Shown: positions 1 through 11,794 of the stretch, piece after piece | Layout of the letters: every line of letters begins with the position of its first letter | Numbering within the stretch: position 1 is the first letter of the stretch | Assembly (NCBI GenBank): GCA_051530055.1 | Contig: CM121342.1 | Location: forward strand, 12,725,480 to 12,789,479 | Direction: 5' to 3' | Length of the DNA stretch: 64,000 nucleotides | Source: Neoechinorhynchus agilis | Lineage: Eukaryota; Animalia; Acanthocephala | The notes under the pieces: generated by a model | What the model was told of the DNA's origin: nothing | What the model saw: the letters and a program-made list of their open reading frames with translations, nothing else | Databases searched by the model: none | Translations under genes and position numbers: made by a program

Positions 1-19
1 GAAAATTTGAAGCAATAAA
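1..19 (+). ncRNA. 3' half of a minimal type-I hammerhead ribozyme (cut by window edge) plus AATAAA
   Basis: GAAA-ATTT-GAAGC-AATAAA; positions 1-58 are identical to 53395-53452, where the full motif is visible. Confidence 0.6.
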
Positions 20-492
20 CAAATAAAACACCCATTTTCCGTTCGATAATAAATCTGGGATAAAAAATATCTCAACGTTTTACTAGCTCTTTGGTTACAA
101 TGTTGTTTCTATAAATTCCGAAAGCTACTCTTCGTTAAATCTAGCATATATTTTGGTTTTTACTGTTTGCAAACGTATATCCGACTGTCTTTTTGACATA
201 AATTACGGCTAAAATTAACTATTCTAAAGGCTGAACTTTTGAACATGGAAATCTATACATGCAAATTACCCAGTGTTACTGAAGGGTTTTTATGGATCTT
301 CTTAGACTGATGCGGGTTTTTTTGTGATTGCTGAGTCAGTAACTATAAGAGCCATGGTGCGAGGACGATGAAGAACAGATAAAGGAGAGAAATGCATTTT
401 AGATGAACAATTAATAGAGTTGCATGAAGAAGAGAGCTAAGAAATTATTTGCGTACAATGTGGCAAAGGTTGTTTGATTTAACCAAAATCAG

Positions 493-744
493 TTGCTTGT
501 AAGTTTTCTACAATTTGCTCACTATTTTGTCCCCTTTGGGGTAGAGACGTATGGAGCGCTCGGCAGCTCGGCACTCTCTCTGCTCAAGGATCTCTCGAAG
601 AAATTGAGAGAGGCAACCGGAGACTCAAGAGCAGGCTTATTTCTTCGACAAAATATCTCGCTGGCAGTACAACGGGGCAATGCTGCCAGCGTGATGGCGA
701 CGGTCGAGGAAGGACAAAAGCTGGAATTTGGTGGGAGGTGGTGA
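493..744 (+). mobile_element. 3' fragment of CRE-like non-LTR retrotransposon (REL endonuclease C-terminus)
   Basis: FVPFGVETYGALG...FLRQNISLAVQRGNAASVMAT; same motif as 31960-32469. Confidence 0.8.
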
Positions 745-834
745 ATGTTTAAATGATTATCAAATATATTATTTTTCCCCATTTCATTTGAAGACAATGA
801 TTCTTTGTTTTTAATTGTAGAAAACTTACAAACA

Positions 835-879
835 ATCGCTGAAGAAGATCCGAGATAGTGGATCGAAATATCCAATAAA
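835..879 (+). ncRNA. minimal type-I hammerhead ribozyme (Penelope type) plus AATAAA
   Basis: ATCG-CTGAAGA(839-845)-A-GATCC/GGATC stem II-GAAA(865-868)-TA-TC-CAAT; stem III palindrome ATAT; stem I has one mismatch; AATAAA 874-879. Confidence 0.75.
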
Positions 880-3038
880 ATCTTTATTTCATTTATCTCT
901 CCTATCGACAAATAACAATGAATTATCTTTTCAGCAAAATCAGTTACAAATGGCTTCATTGGGCCAACATATTTAAACAAAAGGGTCCGAAAAAACTCTA
1001 TACTGTTTTGGGTGTAAACAAAAACACTGATCTTTCCAATATACGATCGCTTTTGTTCGCACTTTCTACTGCAAGGATATTGCGCTATATTAATCGAAAC
1101 GAGCGATTGAAACAAACGACCAAAGCTTAAATTACTCGCCTCGGACGACAGATCGCAACCGATTCGAATGACATCATCGAATCCAAAACAGTGATTTCTT
1201 CTAAAGGACCTCTATGTTTTATCTGGATCAGATAGGCGTCAAGAAAAGGCTAGTCAATCGCTAGAACGCCGAGTCCAGTTATGGTTGCAAATACCACTAC
1301 GGCGAAGCAGGGTTGAACCTTTGGTAGCATTGTTCCTCACCTTTATTGCCACTATTTTTACAACAAAAATCAAGTAGTTCAATCAAAGGGCTATCAAACT
1401 TAATTCGGATAAAATTAGGATACATCTTTTGAATTTCTCCAATAAGAATTGGTTTACTTTGCACTTTGCAGTAGAATGTCGAGTTGCATTCCGATTGAAA
1501 ATTGCAAAATGACGAGCCTCGTGTGAAATTTCTTTATTTCGATTTTCATTTTTCATTTTGTTTCCAGAATCTAACAATTTATTCTGAAAACGAGACAAAT
1601 ACGACTTTTAATTTTTTCATTTCCTCACATAAACCAAAAAGCGTGAAATATGCGCCAATTATTTGCAAAAAAATTAATTCGACACTTATTTAGTTTAACG
1701 GGAAGCAGGTTGCGATGCTCGAAATCATCAACACAGTCTAACGATTGTTTGGTGATTTTTGCGTATATTAATGTTTCTTCGCTGAATTGCACTAGAAGTC
1801 ATTGTTTGAGCAACGTTGAGCAAACATCGAACCAAAGAGCGATAAAGATGATCTCTGATTGGCTATTGTCTAAAAGGCGAAATTATATTTTTGCTACCGA
1901 TAATATGTCTTTCGGTACATGAGTTGGTAGGTTTAGAAACGACCTACGACGTTGAGCAAAGTATTCAGACTTCTAAGACTTTAGTTCGCTTTGTTATATA
2001 AGCCTCTTCTTGAAAGCTTGAAAATTCTCATGATTCAGTTAAATAATCACAATGAACAATCCTTTCAAACTAATCAGGTCCCATGCTCGCTTTGATACAT
2101 TTGTTGTTGTTGTTATTGCGTGCAACCATTGAACCTTGCAGCGCAAGACGTGCAAATCGCAATCATTTCTCGATCCGGGGAGGATTTAATTTGAAGATTT
2201 ACGGAAGCTGCATTTGTCTCCTCGTACTCTTAGATTCTTGTTGAACATTAACTTTCTCTCTTTAAGACACCTTCACTCAAGCCATTCAAGAAATCTAAAT
2301 CCCTCGAAAAACGCGTTTTTCATTCTTTAGACGAAAAATCAATATTTGCCCTTAGTAGACAACATCATGTTTTGATGGGAAACGAGGCTTCACATTCAAA
2401 GATAACGTAGTCATCATCAAGACACGCAGATATTGAGGGAGCACCCACGATTGTTCATGTTGCGGCTGTTTGCATCGTCGCTTGAACATTCCTCGCATTT
2501 GCATCCGCCAGGAAGGTACTTAATTTTTACGTTGCATTTGATAAGGCTGGCTGGCTAGTATCCGAATGTTTGACGGCCATTAAAATGTAATCTCATTCTC
2601 ATAAAAACTTAGTATAACATTTAGTTAAGAAAATCTACGATCAAATCATGTAGATATTTCATCAAACGTTGACTTTAACTGATATAAAACGGCGCAAACT
2701 TTAGAATTTATATTTCGGAACATATATTCCAGCTTTGGAGAATAGGCTCTCCTATACTGGTATTCTGGAAACACGTCGCGTAACCTTAGATGATCTCAGA
2801 TACTCTTTAGAGTATAATATTGTGACAAACCCGCCGCATATACTGGACGACTTACTTGATATTGGAATCGAGCAAGATTTTCAACGATAGCAGCTTCCGA
2901 ACAGGAAGTAAAAGTGAAAGCATTTTAGAAATCGCAATATCCACTGGCAATCACCAGAGCTAATAAGAGTCGATGATTTGCAGTACTTTTATCCTCTGAA
3001 AATCTAATAATCACACTTAAAATACCAGTATTTTTAAG

Positions 3039-3877
3039 ATGAAAATTGAAATTATCCTTCTTGTATTGCATGTGATGATAGCAATGGCAGGCGTTCGATT
3101 AGTGGACATCGATACATTGACCTTTCGAATAGATCAGAACACCACGTCCATAAAAGATCGAATAATGCCACAGGTACTCTTCGTGTTTTTAAATTCAAGC
3201 CTCGTGCTTTTGTTAAAGATCTTATGTACCGGTAAACGCTCGTCGGATTGTTTCGCTTTAATCGACGTTGTAGTCTGTCAAAACCTGGACAAAAGCGCGG
3301 ACTCAATCAGTTCAATCAAGGTTGCCCTTTAGAGGCTATTGTCCACTTCAATGTTATCTTCTTTAGTGGAAATGCCTGGCATCTCTACCGAACAACATTG
3401 AATTCGATCGCCTCACTGTTTCCTGTGAAAGCGATCCTAACGATCCTTCGGGAGAGTCAATAATCGAAGGAAGCTGCACGGTATGAAACCCATGTTTCTC
3501 GTCGTCGAATTAATCATTAAACGGAAACATTTAGCTCAAGTACACAGTTAAAGAAAAATCACATGACGTCATGATATGGCTTCTAACCTTTATTTTTAGT
3601 TGCTGTATTCTGTACGCTTTTATACGAATGTTTTGTAAGAAATCAATCAATCGAGTAATAGCGACCGAAGATAGAACTTGCGATTTCAGATCAATGCCAT
3701 ATTACTATTACGATGAGTAAGTCAGACGTTGATTTTCGGTTTGCAAACGACTCTCATTCAGTTTTTATTCACACTACGAAGAAACTTCTGAAACTGAAAT
3801 TCAGTCAGGTCAGTTTTGAGTCAGTTATATCTAATAAACCTAAATTTTTAGGAACAGCGGATACTGAGATACGTTGA
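3039..3877 (+). CDS. SARAF: SARAF/TMEM66-like type I membrane protein, 6 exons
   Basis: Signal peptide MKIEIILLVLHVMIAMAG. Spliced product VRLVDIDTLTF..MPQ|ILC..VVCQN..|WKC..TVSCE..GSC|LKY plus TM resembles the SARAF luminal domain. GT-AG introns 3174-3218, 3321-3366, 3481-3534, 3717-3761, 3809-3851 keep frame. Confidence 0.8.
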
Positions 3878-4140
3878 ATGTATCAGAAATTACACCCAAC
3901 ATAACTGTCTCATGAGCCAATGAAACAAAATTATTCCTAAGTTAATTGAGGGCACTTTGGTCTTAAATTATTCAATATGTATAAGCGACATAATTTCTGG
4001 GAGCCTAGGTGACAAGGCTTTAGTGAGAATTCTTAAACATGATGAACTTCATGACACGCGATCAATATTTCCGAATATTCTCAATGGCGAATTGTAACAC
4101 ACTCGAGTTTTCGAAAAAATCATATATTTCCCCTCAAAAT

Positions 4141-5842
4141 TCAGATGCTCTCTTTGATAGTTCCACTCACATTTTGTTCGTTCGTCCCATAATCCCGTTC
4201 TTTTTTCACTTCGGGCTCAAAGCATTCTTCGCTTGCATGACAAACTGTTAGTTTCGATACCACAGATCCCTTGGCGTTTTCTAAAACCAAAACGTGCGGA
4301 TTATCATTGCACGGCCAGCTTCTTTGTTTTAAACGAAAGGCGCCTCGTGGACCGGCGTTGGACGAATACACGCAAAGTTCACCGTCAATCGTAGAATTTC
4401 GTGGAAATTTGAACGCAACAAGAAGTTCTTCGTCTGTTGCTGTTGTATCGAACCACTTCAGCTGCCATCCAGAAATAGAAACAGGCTTATCCGATTTCCC
4501 TGCGATTTTCACCATCTCTTCAGAAGCACTACTGATCCCAATGGCACCCTCGGTCTTTACAGACGAAACCAACGAGACATACGACTGCTCCTCATCTTCA
4601 TCCGAGAACGTTCTTTTCCGAGCAATCTTCAATCGTTCTTCTCCGCTTTCCATGAGTTGCTTATAGGTACAAATCTCCCGATCGAGTGTTATATTAACCT
4701 GAAGAAGATCATCGTATTTAGCCTGAAACTCTGCGATTGCGATATTTAATCTTTCAATCTCCTTTTCCTGTATCAAAGAATGATAATTATTAGCTGTTTC
4801 TAATTGTCCTATCTGATGCTCCAACATTGACACTGTAGATAAAAGCTTACCGAGACGGCGATCTTGAGATTCTTTTTCTCGTTTTGTTTCCTCTAATCGA
4901 TACTTTGCCAATTTGTAATTTTCCTGAATAATTCGCAACGAATCAGCGGCGCGGTCTGCTCGCTCGCGTTCCTTTCCCAGTCTCATCGCCGTCTTCTGAT
5001 CCGAATCGAGCCTTAAAAGTTCCAGCTTCTCTTTACTCTCATTCCGCAATCGGCTCAGCTGATCCTGAAAACTCATGTTCACACGCTCATTCATAATATT
5101 TTCTATTTTAAACAAATGTGAGATTACCAGCGTGGCACTAAAGAGATTTCGTTAGTCTCACAATTATTTCTCTTAAAGTTTCTACATCTACAACGCTCTT
5201 TGAAACCGCTGAGCTTTCGGCATCTGATACAATTTGAGAGAATTCGTATTCCTCTTTTATGGAAAGGTTTTGATTTGCGAGATCAACGTTCGTTACAATC
5301 TCACGATCGAGCGCATCCTTCAAAGAATTGAGTTCTACGGTCAATTCGGTCATTTTATTCTCGCTCATTTTCCATTTCTCGCTCGCAGTTGCCAATTGAA
5401 CTTCGCATTCATTGAATTTCCTTTGAAGTTCATTCAGTCGAAATTCCGCATCCGTTACTTTTTCGTCTGTTTCGTCGAGCAAAACGTCTTTCTCGCGTTC
5501 GTTGTTCTTTACTTTCTCGTACTGCTCACAAATGCGGTCATTGTCCAGTTTTAGTTTTGCAGTTTCTCTATGAAGATCGTCCAGTGATGATCGTAGCACT
5601 AATCTTTCATCGTCGTATATTTTTCGCAGTTGTGATTTCGCTGAGACCGTTTCGTTTTGATAAGACTTTAAAGTCTCTCGAAAAGCGGCGTTCTGCTCTT
5701 CTAGGAATGCTACCTTCTTCATGTAAACAGCCAAGCGATCGTTTAAGCCTTGTAACTGAACTTCCTTCTCTTGGTGCCATGATGATAGCCTCAAAGTAGG
5801 CTGTCGTTTTTGCTTCGACTCTGAGGGCTCGAGTTTTTCCAT
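4141..5842 (-). CDS. lamin-like intermediate filament protein (rod plus lamin-tail domain)
   Basis: Rod start QLQGLNDRLAVYMKKV, rod end LDREICTYKQLMESGEERL, basic ARKR, LTD-like VSISGWQLK..FKFP. The two ORFs must be spliced at 5110-5160; the true 3' end is uncertain (GTGAGT donor at 4170). Confidence 0.85.
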
Positions 5843-5949
5843 TTAAAATTCTCAATAGTAAAATCTCGAAGATTACTGGTTTGAAGGGAAGCGATTGTCA
5901 GAAAAATATCCTGCTTGTGTATGGTCAAGGAAATACGAAAGAACACGAA

Positions 5950-8230
5950 CCATCATAACGCTGCAGTTTTTAACGTGTTTAACATTTTGCGGAAAGTCGG
6001 AAATGAATGGCGGATCATTATCACTATTTCTGCGGGTGCGCCTATGCGTGCGAATACTTCCTTTAGTGTTTGTATTACCAAGGATGCTGTCGTCGATCTC
6101 ATCTCGATGATTTCCGATCTCTAGCAAAATGAGATATGAAAGTTCGTCAAATTGTCCGGCAAATGGACGCGCTCCCACTTTTCCTCCGAAATATTCCTTT
6201 CACCGAGAGGAGGTGGAGGTTTTTGTGGTCTGTTAGCCTGACATTTTTCACACCTTCCAACCCAGCTTTCGATGTCGGAATCAAACCTGGGCCACCACAC
6301 ATAAAAACTCGATAGGTTTTTCACCGTTGCGATTCCAGAATGCCCCTCATTTAGAACTCCCAATACTGTTTCCCATATCACTTGGAATGGCAATTCGGTC
6401 TGACATCCCGCATAAAGATGAAACACGCTGGGGATTTGTTGGGCTAATTCGTTTCGACATACTTTCTCACCATACATAATTCGAAGTCTGTTCCAGTTGC
6501 GATTTTCAAAGATTTCAATGATATGTCGAGACCTCAAATATTTCATTTTGCGTTTCTTCTATGAAGTCAATACTTTCTGGGTTGTCTCTCGTGCTTTAAT
6601 TAAACCTCGATAGTACGTCTGCCATTACATTTTTCCTGATAATTGTACTGGGACAAGACAATCGTCCAGCGTGAAGGTGCGTCCCATCAGTTAAAAATTA
6701 AAGTTCGTCACGCCTTACACCAGTGCCAATACTTCCCGTTCAATCTGGGCATACCTCTGTTCAGCTGGTCGGAGAGTCCTCGAGCAATAAGCGACCGGTC
6801 TGAACTATCTTCGGTATCTTTCTAAAGTAAAACAGCACCTAGACCTTGAGTACTGGGAAGTGCATTTTTGATATCCTCAATTGCCTGATCTTGCTCCGCA
6901 CTCCAGTGCCAATCTACTGTTTTAATATACGATACAGGTTCGGAATAAATCTTTCCACGAAATTGACCGCACCAATAAACGCTCGGAGCTCTGTTACGTT
7001 GGTTGGGCTATTCATTGAACGAATCGCTTCAATTCTCTCCTCGTCCGGTTTTATTTGACTAGTATCGAGCACATGCCCCAGGAATTTGGCCCTTTTCTGT
7101 GTGAAAGAGCGCTTTTCATTCTTAGCTTTCATTCCACTATCAGACAACCTCTTTAGTACTTCCTTGAGATTTTCAAAATGGGATCGGTCATTATTCCCGG
7201 CTACAATTACACCATCTAAGTAGACAGAAACATTCGGAATCCCGTGCAACAAGTCACTCATATAACGTTGAAATATAAGTGGCGCGGCCGACACTCCGTA
7301 AGGCAGTCTACAGAATTTGTAAAAGCCGATCGGAGTGGAGATTGTTAGTAATGATCTGTACTTCGATTCGACAAGCATTTACAGGTACGCCTCTTTTAGA
7401 TCGATCATCGAATATTTCTGTCCACCTGCGATTGGGTACATCGATTCTTCTTCAAATGTTGGCATAATGTATGAATTAGTCGTCAAATGTAGATTGATTG
7501 TTGCTCTGAAGTAGCCACATAATCGTATCCCTCCATCGCTCACTCTATCGCTTCCTTTGATGCGTCAACCGGTACTAGAATTCCAGATGATACCATTCGG
7601 TTGATCTCTTCGCTTACCGGTTCGCAAAGCATTATAGGTATCCTTCTCGATGGTATACACTTTGGAGTTGCTTGCGGCGAGATAATTTCGCTTGAAAATT
7701 CTTAATGTGCCCTGTCCCTGATGCGAACAAACCTTTCATTTCCATTAGCAACTTTTCTAGCTCGTCAATGTAAACCTGGAACGTGATTTGGGATATTGAT
7801 ACTTCCTTTGGCCATAGCAAACCGAAAGCACTTATCCATGTCCGGCCAAACAATGGATGATCAGTTCCTTCTACCACTACTACTACTGGTAACTCTTTCA
7901 CATTGTTGTTAAATTTGACTCGGACCGTACATTCTCCTATAGCGTTGATTGTTCCACTTCCATAGGTACGACGGTTGTTTCGCTTTTTCACAAATGGAAA
8001 TATGATCTTTATCCACCATCGTTCCGACAATATGGAGATAGCCGCATCGGTGTCATACTCCATTGGGACTAAGGTCCCATTAATTTCCGGCGAGATCATC
8101 GGTCTGTCTTCATGATCATTGATTTCGTTAACGCCGGATACTTCATTCGCACACATGTTCGCAACGATAGACGAACTCATGTGGTCAACTTGTGGCACTC
8201 CACATCTTTCACAGTGCACGCCGCTGTCTA
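5950..8230 (-). mobile_element. degenerate Ty3/Gypsy pol (protease, RT, integrase)
   Basis: Protease-like MEYDTDAAISIL; RT RLPYGVSAAP..VYLDGVIV; integrase HSGI..WWP..CEKCQ and FARIGAP..DNDPPF; frameshifts and deletions. Confidence 0.85.
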
Positions 8231-8231
8231 A

Positions 8232-9246
8232 TAGCAATAATAACAAAGGATAATCGCGAACCAATATTTTTGTGCCAAAACATTAGTCTCACCGTGCAGC
8301 GGTGAGTGAATTAAATGTTTTGTGGATATAAATTTTATAAAATTTAATAAAATTTGTTTTAACAGGGAAACAATTACCTTATTAAAAAGTATAAGAAGTG
8401 CACTAGGTTACTATGAATTTTGTTCGTTATAAGCTAGGCATCGCTTTTTTGGCCGGTGGCATCTAAATATCGAATAATATTTAATCTATCCGAAAGGCGT
8501 TCAGCTTATTTGTTCTCGCATTATTTATCTGATGGAGACAGTTAATTCAGATTGCCTTTTTAGAAGAAAAATAAAATAGTAAAACGTTTTTTAGATGTTT
8601 TCATTAGCTAATGAAAATCCATCAATCTAGATTTAGCGTCGTCTCTTAGGAACTGGAACGGTCGAAGCGGTGGATAAATACAATCACTTTCAAGCGAAAA
8701 AACGGTCGGTTGGGTCTTTTAGCGCCATACCACATAGGAGGTATCCCTGTGAATAAGTTTACAAACGAGCGAAAATTATAAAATACGCACCCATCAGAAG
8801 CAATCCAATGTCTGAGAACGTTCCAAGCCTAAATTGGATTCCTCTCCCATTCAGGAACACATGGATGAAGAAGGACAGCAATTAAAAACTGTATATGCAG
8901 AAAAAATTGTCTTCAAAAGTTTATCAAAAGAGAAATTAATTTAATTGGTAATTAATTGATAGTTTGATACTAATAAACAAACCGTGATAGCTATCGCGAA
9001 TCTGAAAACATTTTTGGATTCAACGAGTTGAGATGTACAAAATGCTCATATCAAATTTTAGCTCCGCTCCATCTCGGCGAATAAGTTTACAAACAAGCGA
9101 AAATTTACCTAATCAACGAAATTCTCGAGTTATATGCGTTCGTGATACTTCGTTCCAAACTGTGAGCCGCCTTGCTCAAACCTTGTTCTCTGGTTTCCCG
9201 AATTCGAAGTTTGAGAACTTAGTGGAGAAAAGCAGTAATTGACGCC
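8232..9246 (+). repeat. copy A of a 1-kb dispersed duplication (copy B 28110-29130)
   Basis: Direct line-by-line near-identity with a few indels; starts with a CRE 3' end (..QNISLTVQR*). Confidence 0.95.
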
Positions 9247-9560
9247 GCACAGAAAATAAGAGTGGGAACCTTGAATGTTGGTACTATAAACCGTAAATGT
9301 ATGGAGGTAATAATAACACGTTTAATTTGTTAATGTACAAAGAAGAGGATCCATGTACCTTTGGGTCCTCAATGTACCTTTGGGTATGATGAATCGAAGA
9401 AAATTTTTCTGTTTCCAGGAATTAAGATAGAAGATAGTGAAAGCGCGTTAATAACTTGACAGCTACAAGCTCAATTACAATGGATCATCGTTTTGTCGAA
9501 ACTTTATTGGAATAATCCTAAATTATAAATACACAGATGGAATCATCGAAGTCGACAGGG
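9247..9560 (+). mobile_element. RTE-type APE endonuclease N-terminal remnant
   Basis: KIRVGTLNVGTINRK, then broken FQELR and SYKLNY motifs. Confidence 0.5.
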
Positions 9561-9576
9561 AAAACGACTGGATATT

Positions 9577-10170
9577 GTGGATGTGAATAGAAATTCGAGG
9601 ACAATTCCTGGGCATAGTTTCCTGTTACGCTCCATAGAAGCAGAGATTCTCAATCTTCAACCGCAAATTTCGATGCTGTGCGAACGTGTTAATGAATTAT
9701 CTTCACACGAGGCTCTGTTCCTGATCAAGAGCACTCTCTTCATTCCAAAATTGTTGTATTAGCTGCGCGCAGCACCTTTTTGGACATAAAGATAGTCCTT
9801 TGTGCGAGCATTCCGATAGCGAGCAGGGACCGGTCAATGGTTGCAAACAATCAGTTTGGGAGAATTACAAACTCTTTATAATTATTGTTGATTTCTTCTC
9901 CCGATAAATAATTTTTCATCAAAAGCGTTTCGATAAACTGGTGATGAACCCCACGAGGTTCGAAAGGTTTTTAATAAAAAATTATTGACCTCTAATCATA
10001 TACCCCCAACTTCGCGGAATCTCCCTTCATTTTCCCGTACACCAACTGACCATGCAACACTCGTGGAGAACCACATGAGTGCTAAGAAACCTTACTCTTT
10101 AAATTCAGATTATCGTGACCCGGTGAACCGAACTCGATTGGCGGCAGCTTTTACAAGAGAATCGGGGACT
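9577..10170 (+). mobile_element. CRE-like fragments
   Basis: LCERVNELSSHEALFLIKSTLFIPKLLY parallels the 27120 region; 9823-9880 and 10097-10170 match 34420-34560. Confidence 0.7.
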
Positions 10171-10183
10171 GTATTGCCATCTT

Positions 10184-11794
10184 TTAAATAGTTTTAAAAC
10201 GTTCAGGGATATTCATTTGATAACAAAAGCGAAATAATCTAGAACCGACGAGTGTTCCAGCCAGTGCGAAGCATATTACGCTCGCAATCAACATCAGATT
10301 ACGCCAGCTCACAACGACGTCTTCTATGATCGTGGTATTTATTTCCAAACGAGCTTCACTTGTAGTACTATGCTTAGTCGTGCTTGACTTGAAAATCGAT
10401 GGGTTTTTCCACTTGTCCACCTCATTATTTACTAACTGAAAAAACTCTGGATCAGGTATACGACCGCCTGCCATTTTTGTTTGATTGGAGTGGTTGCGCC
10501 ACGTTTGAAGAAGATAAACACAAAATCTTCTTTTGTTTAATTTATGCCATGATGAAAAATTTCCCAAATTATAAATTTCTGCGTTGAGGAGTTTTTCAAT
10601 ATGATTCCAGTTCTTATTTTGATTTTGGGTTTTCAATAATATCGTATGATTAATCAACAATGAAAGGTGCTCTAGTTCTTCTTTAAAACTGTCATTAATT
10701 TCTATGGAACTTACTTTAGCGAAACCTCGACTTTCGTCTACCTTTGGTAATTGCACTTCAGCAAGTGAAATCGAAGTAGCTTGTATAGTTTCTGCCGTCG
10801 TTGCCCCTTCTGTTGTCCAAGTGGTCGTTTGTGTCGCAGCTATGCCGGCCGTTGTTTTCCTGGTTTTTCTGTAGATTGTTTTTCCTCCTGTTGTTACATT
10901 TTTCACTGATTTAGTTATGTTGGTGTCATATGCACTGGCGATTGTTGAAGTTGTGGCCCTGGTAGGTACCATGGTGCTCATCATCGAAAATGCTGTCGAA
11001 ACAGTACGGAATGTTGCGTTCGCCATTTTAATTGTTTTTGACACAGGATAGAATAAAGTGTTTAAGAAGACTGTTGCATTCAAAACAAACGGAGTTGTTT
11101 TCTCGATAATTGCTGCACCTAAAGTCGTTGTGATTAATGTAGTTGGATTGGTGAGCATTGTTTCTGTTGTAGGCAGCGCTGTCGTTGTTGTGGTAGTTGT
11201 TGGATTATACGTAGGCGCTTCTGGAGTACCTTTTTCAAGCAACAAAGGCCGAAAACCTACGATCGAGTTTGCAGTATTGCTGGGACAATTTTTAGGTTTG
11301 CAGTACGTTTCGTAACAGCGTAATTCTGTCCCATGCTCATCAGAAAACATTTTCCATTTCTCTCCGTTTGTGAACAACAGCAATAATCGAAAAGCGTCGC
11401 TCTCACTCTGGTGATATCGATTGAGCTCCTCGTAGGCCATTCTTAGTGCATCCCTTACATTAGCCCCCTCTGGGTACCATTGCCGGCGAAATTGCGTAAC
11501 TTGTGCAACACCGAGCAGATTTCTATACCCTTTGTTTTCATTTTCTGCGGCACCGACCATGATATCAGCGTCTAGATCGTATCTAATCAACGAAATTCTC
11601 GAGTTATATGCGTTCGTGATACTTCGTTCCAAACGGTGGATAAACTCAATAACTTCCCAACGATAAAGTCTGTCGGTGGAGTCTTCTACCACAATGACCA
11701 CGTCAAGTTTTATTCTTGCACATAGGTTCAACATATCATCTGCAATTGCAGTTCTTACAAAAGATAATACTAAAATGATCTTCACCAAATTCAT
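10184..11794 (-). CDS. intronless type I membrane protein: signal peptide, vWA-like domain, Thr-rich mucin-like stalk, C-terminal TM
   Basis: MNLVKIILVLSFVRTAIA; LDVVIVVEDS (degenerate MIDAS), ISLIRY, LLLLFTNG; poly-Thr tracts; hydrophobic LMLIASVICFALAGTLVG. Confidence 0.8.
   Translation of the reverse strand: MNLVKIILVLSFVRTAIADDMLNLCARIKLDVVIVVEDSTDRLYRWEVIEFIHRLERSITNAYNSRISLIRYDLDADIMVGAAENENKGYRNLLGVAQVTQFRRQWYPEGANVRDALRMAYEELNRYHQSESDAFRLLLLFTNGEKWKMFSDEHGTELRCYETYCKPKNCPSNTANSIVGFRPLLLEKGTPEAPTYNPTTTTTTTALPTTETMLTNPTTLITTTLGAAIIEKTTPFVLNATVFLNTLFYPVSKTIKMANATFRTVSTAFSMMSTMVPTRATTSTIASAYDTNITKSVKNVTTGGKTIYRKTRKTTAGIAATQTTTWTTEGATTAETIQATSISLAEVQLPKVDESRGFAKVSSIEINDSFKEELEHLSLLINHTILLKTQNQNKNWNHIEKLLNAEIYNLGNFSSWHKLNKRRFCVYLLQTWRNHSNQTKMAGGRIPDPEFFQLVNNEVDKWKNPSIFKSSTTKHSTTSEARLEINTTIIEDVVVSWRNLMLIASVICFALAGTLVGSRLFRFCYQMNIPERFKTI

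Noticed and set aside
918-1130. LYTVLGVNKNTDLSNIRS resembles a DnaJ J-domain start
   Set aside because: No HPD motif or continuing exon found; too short to support
4510-4720. CTGAAGA hits at 4517(-) and 4698(+); similar hits at 11337(-), 13453(-), 26572, 26882, 27529(-), 36362, 37180, 37705, 40189, 61101(-), 62590(-)
   Set aside because: No stem II followed by GAAA; chance matches, mostly inside coding or TE sequence
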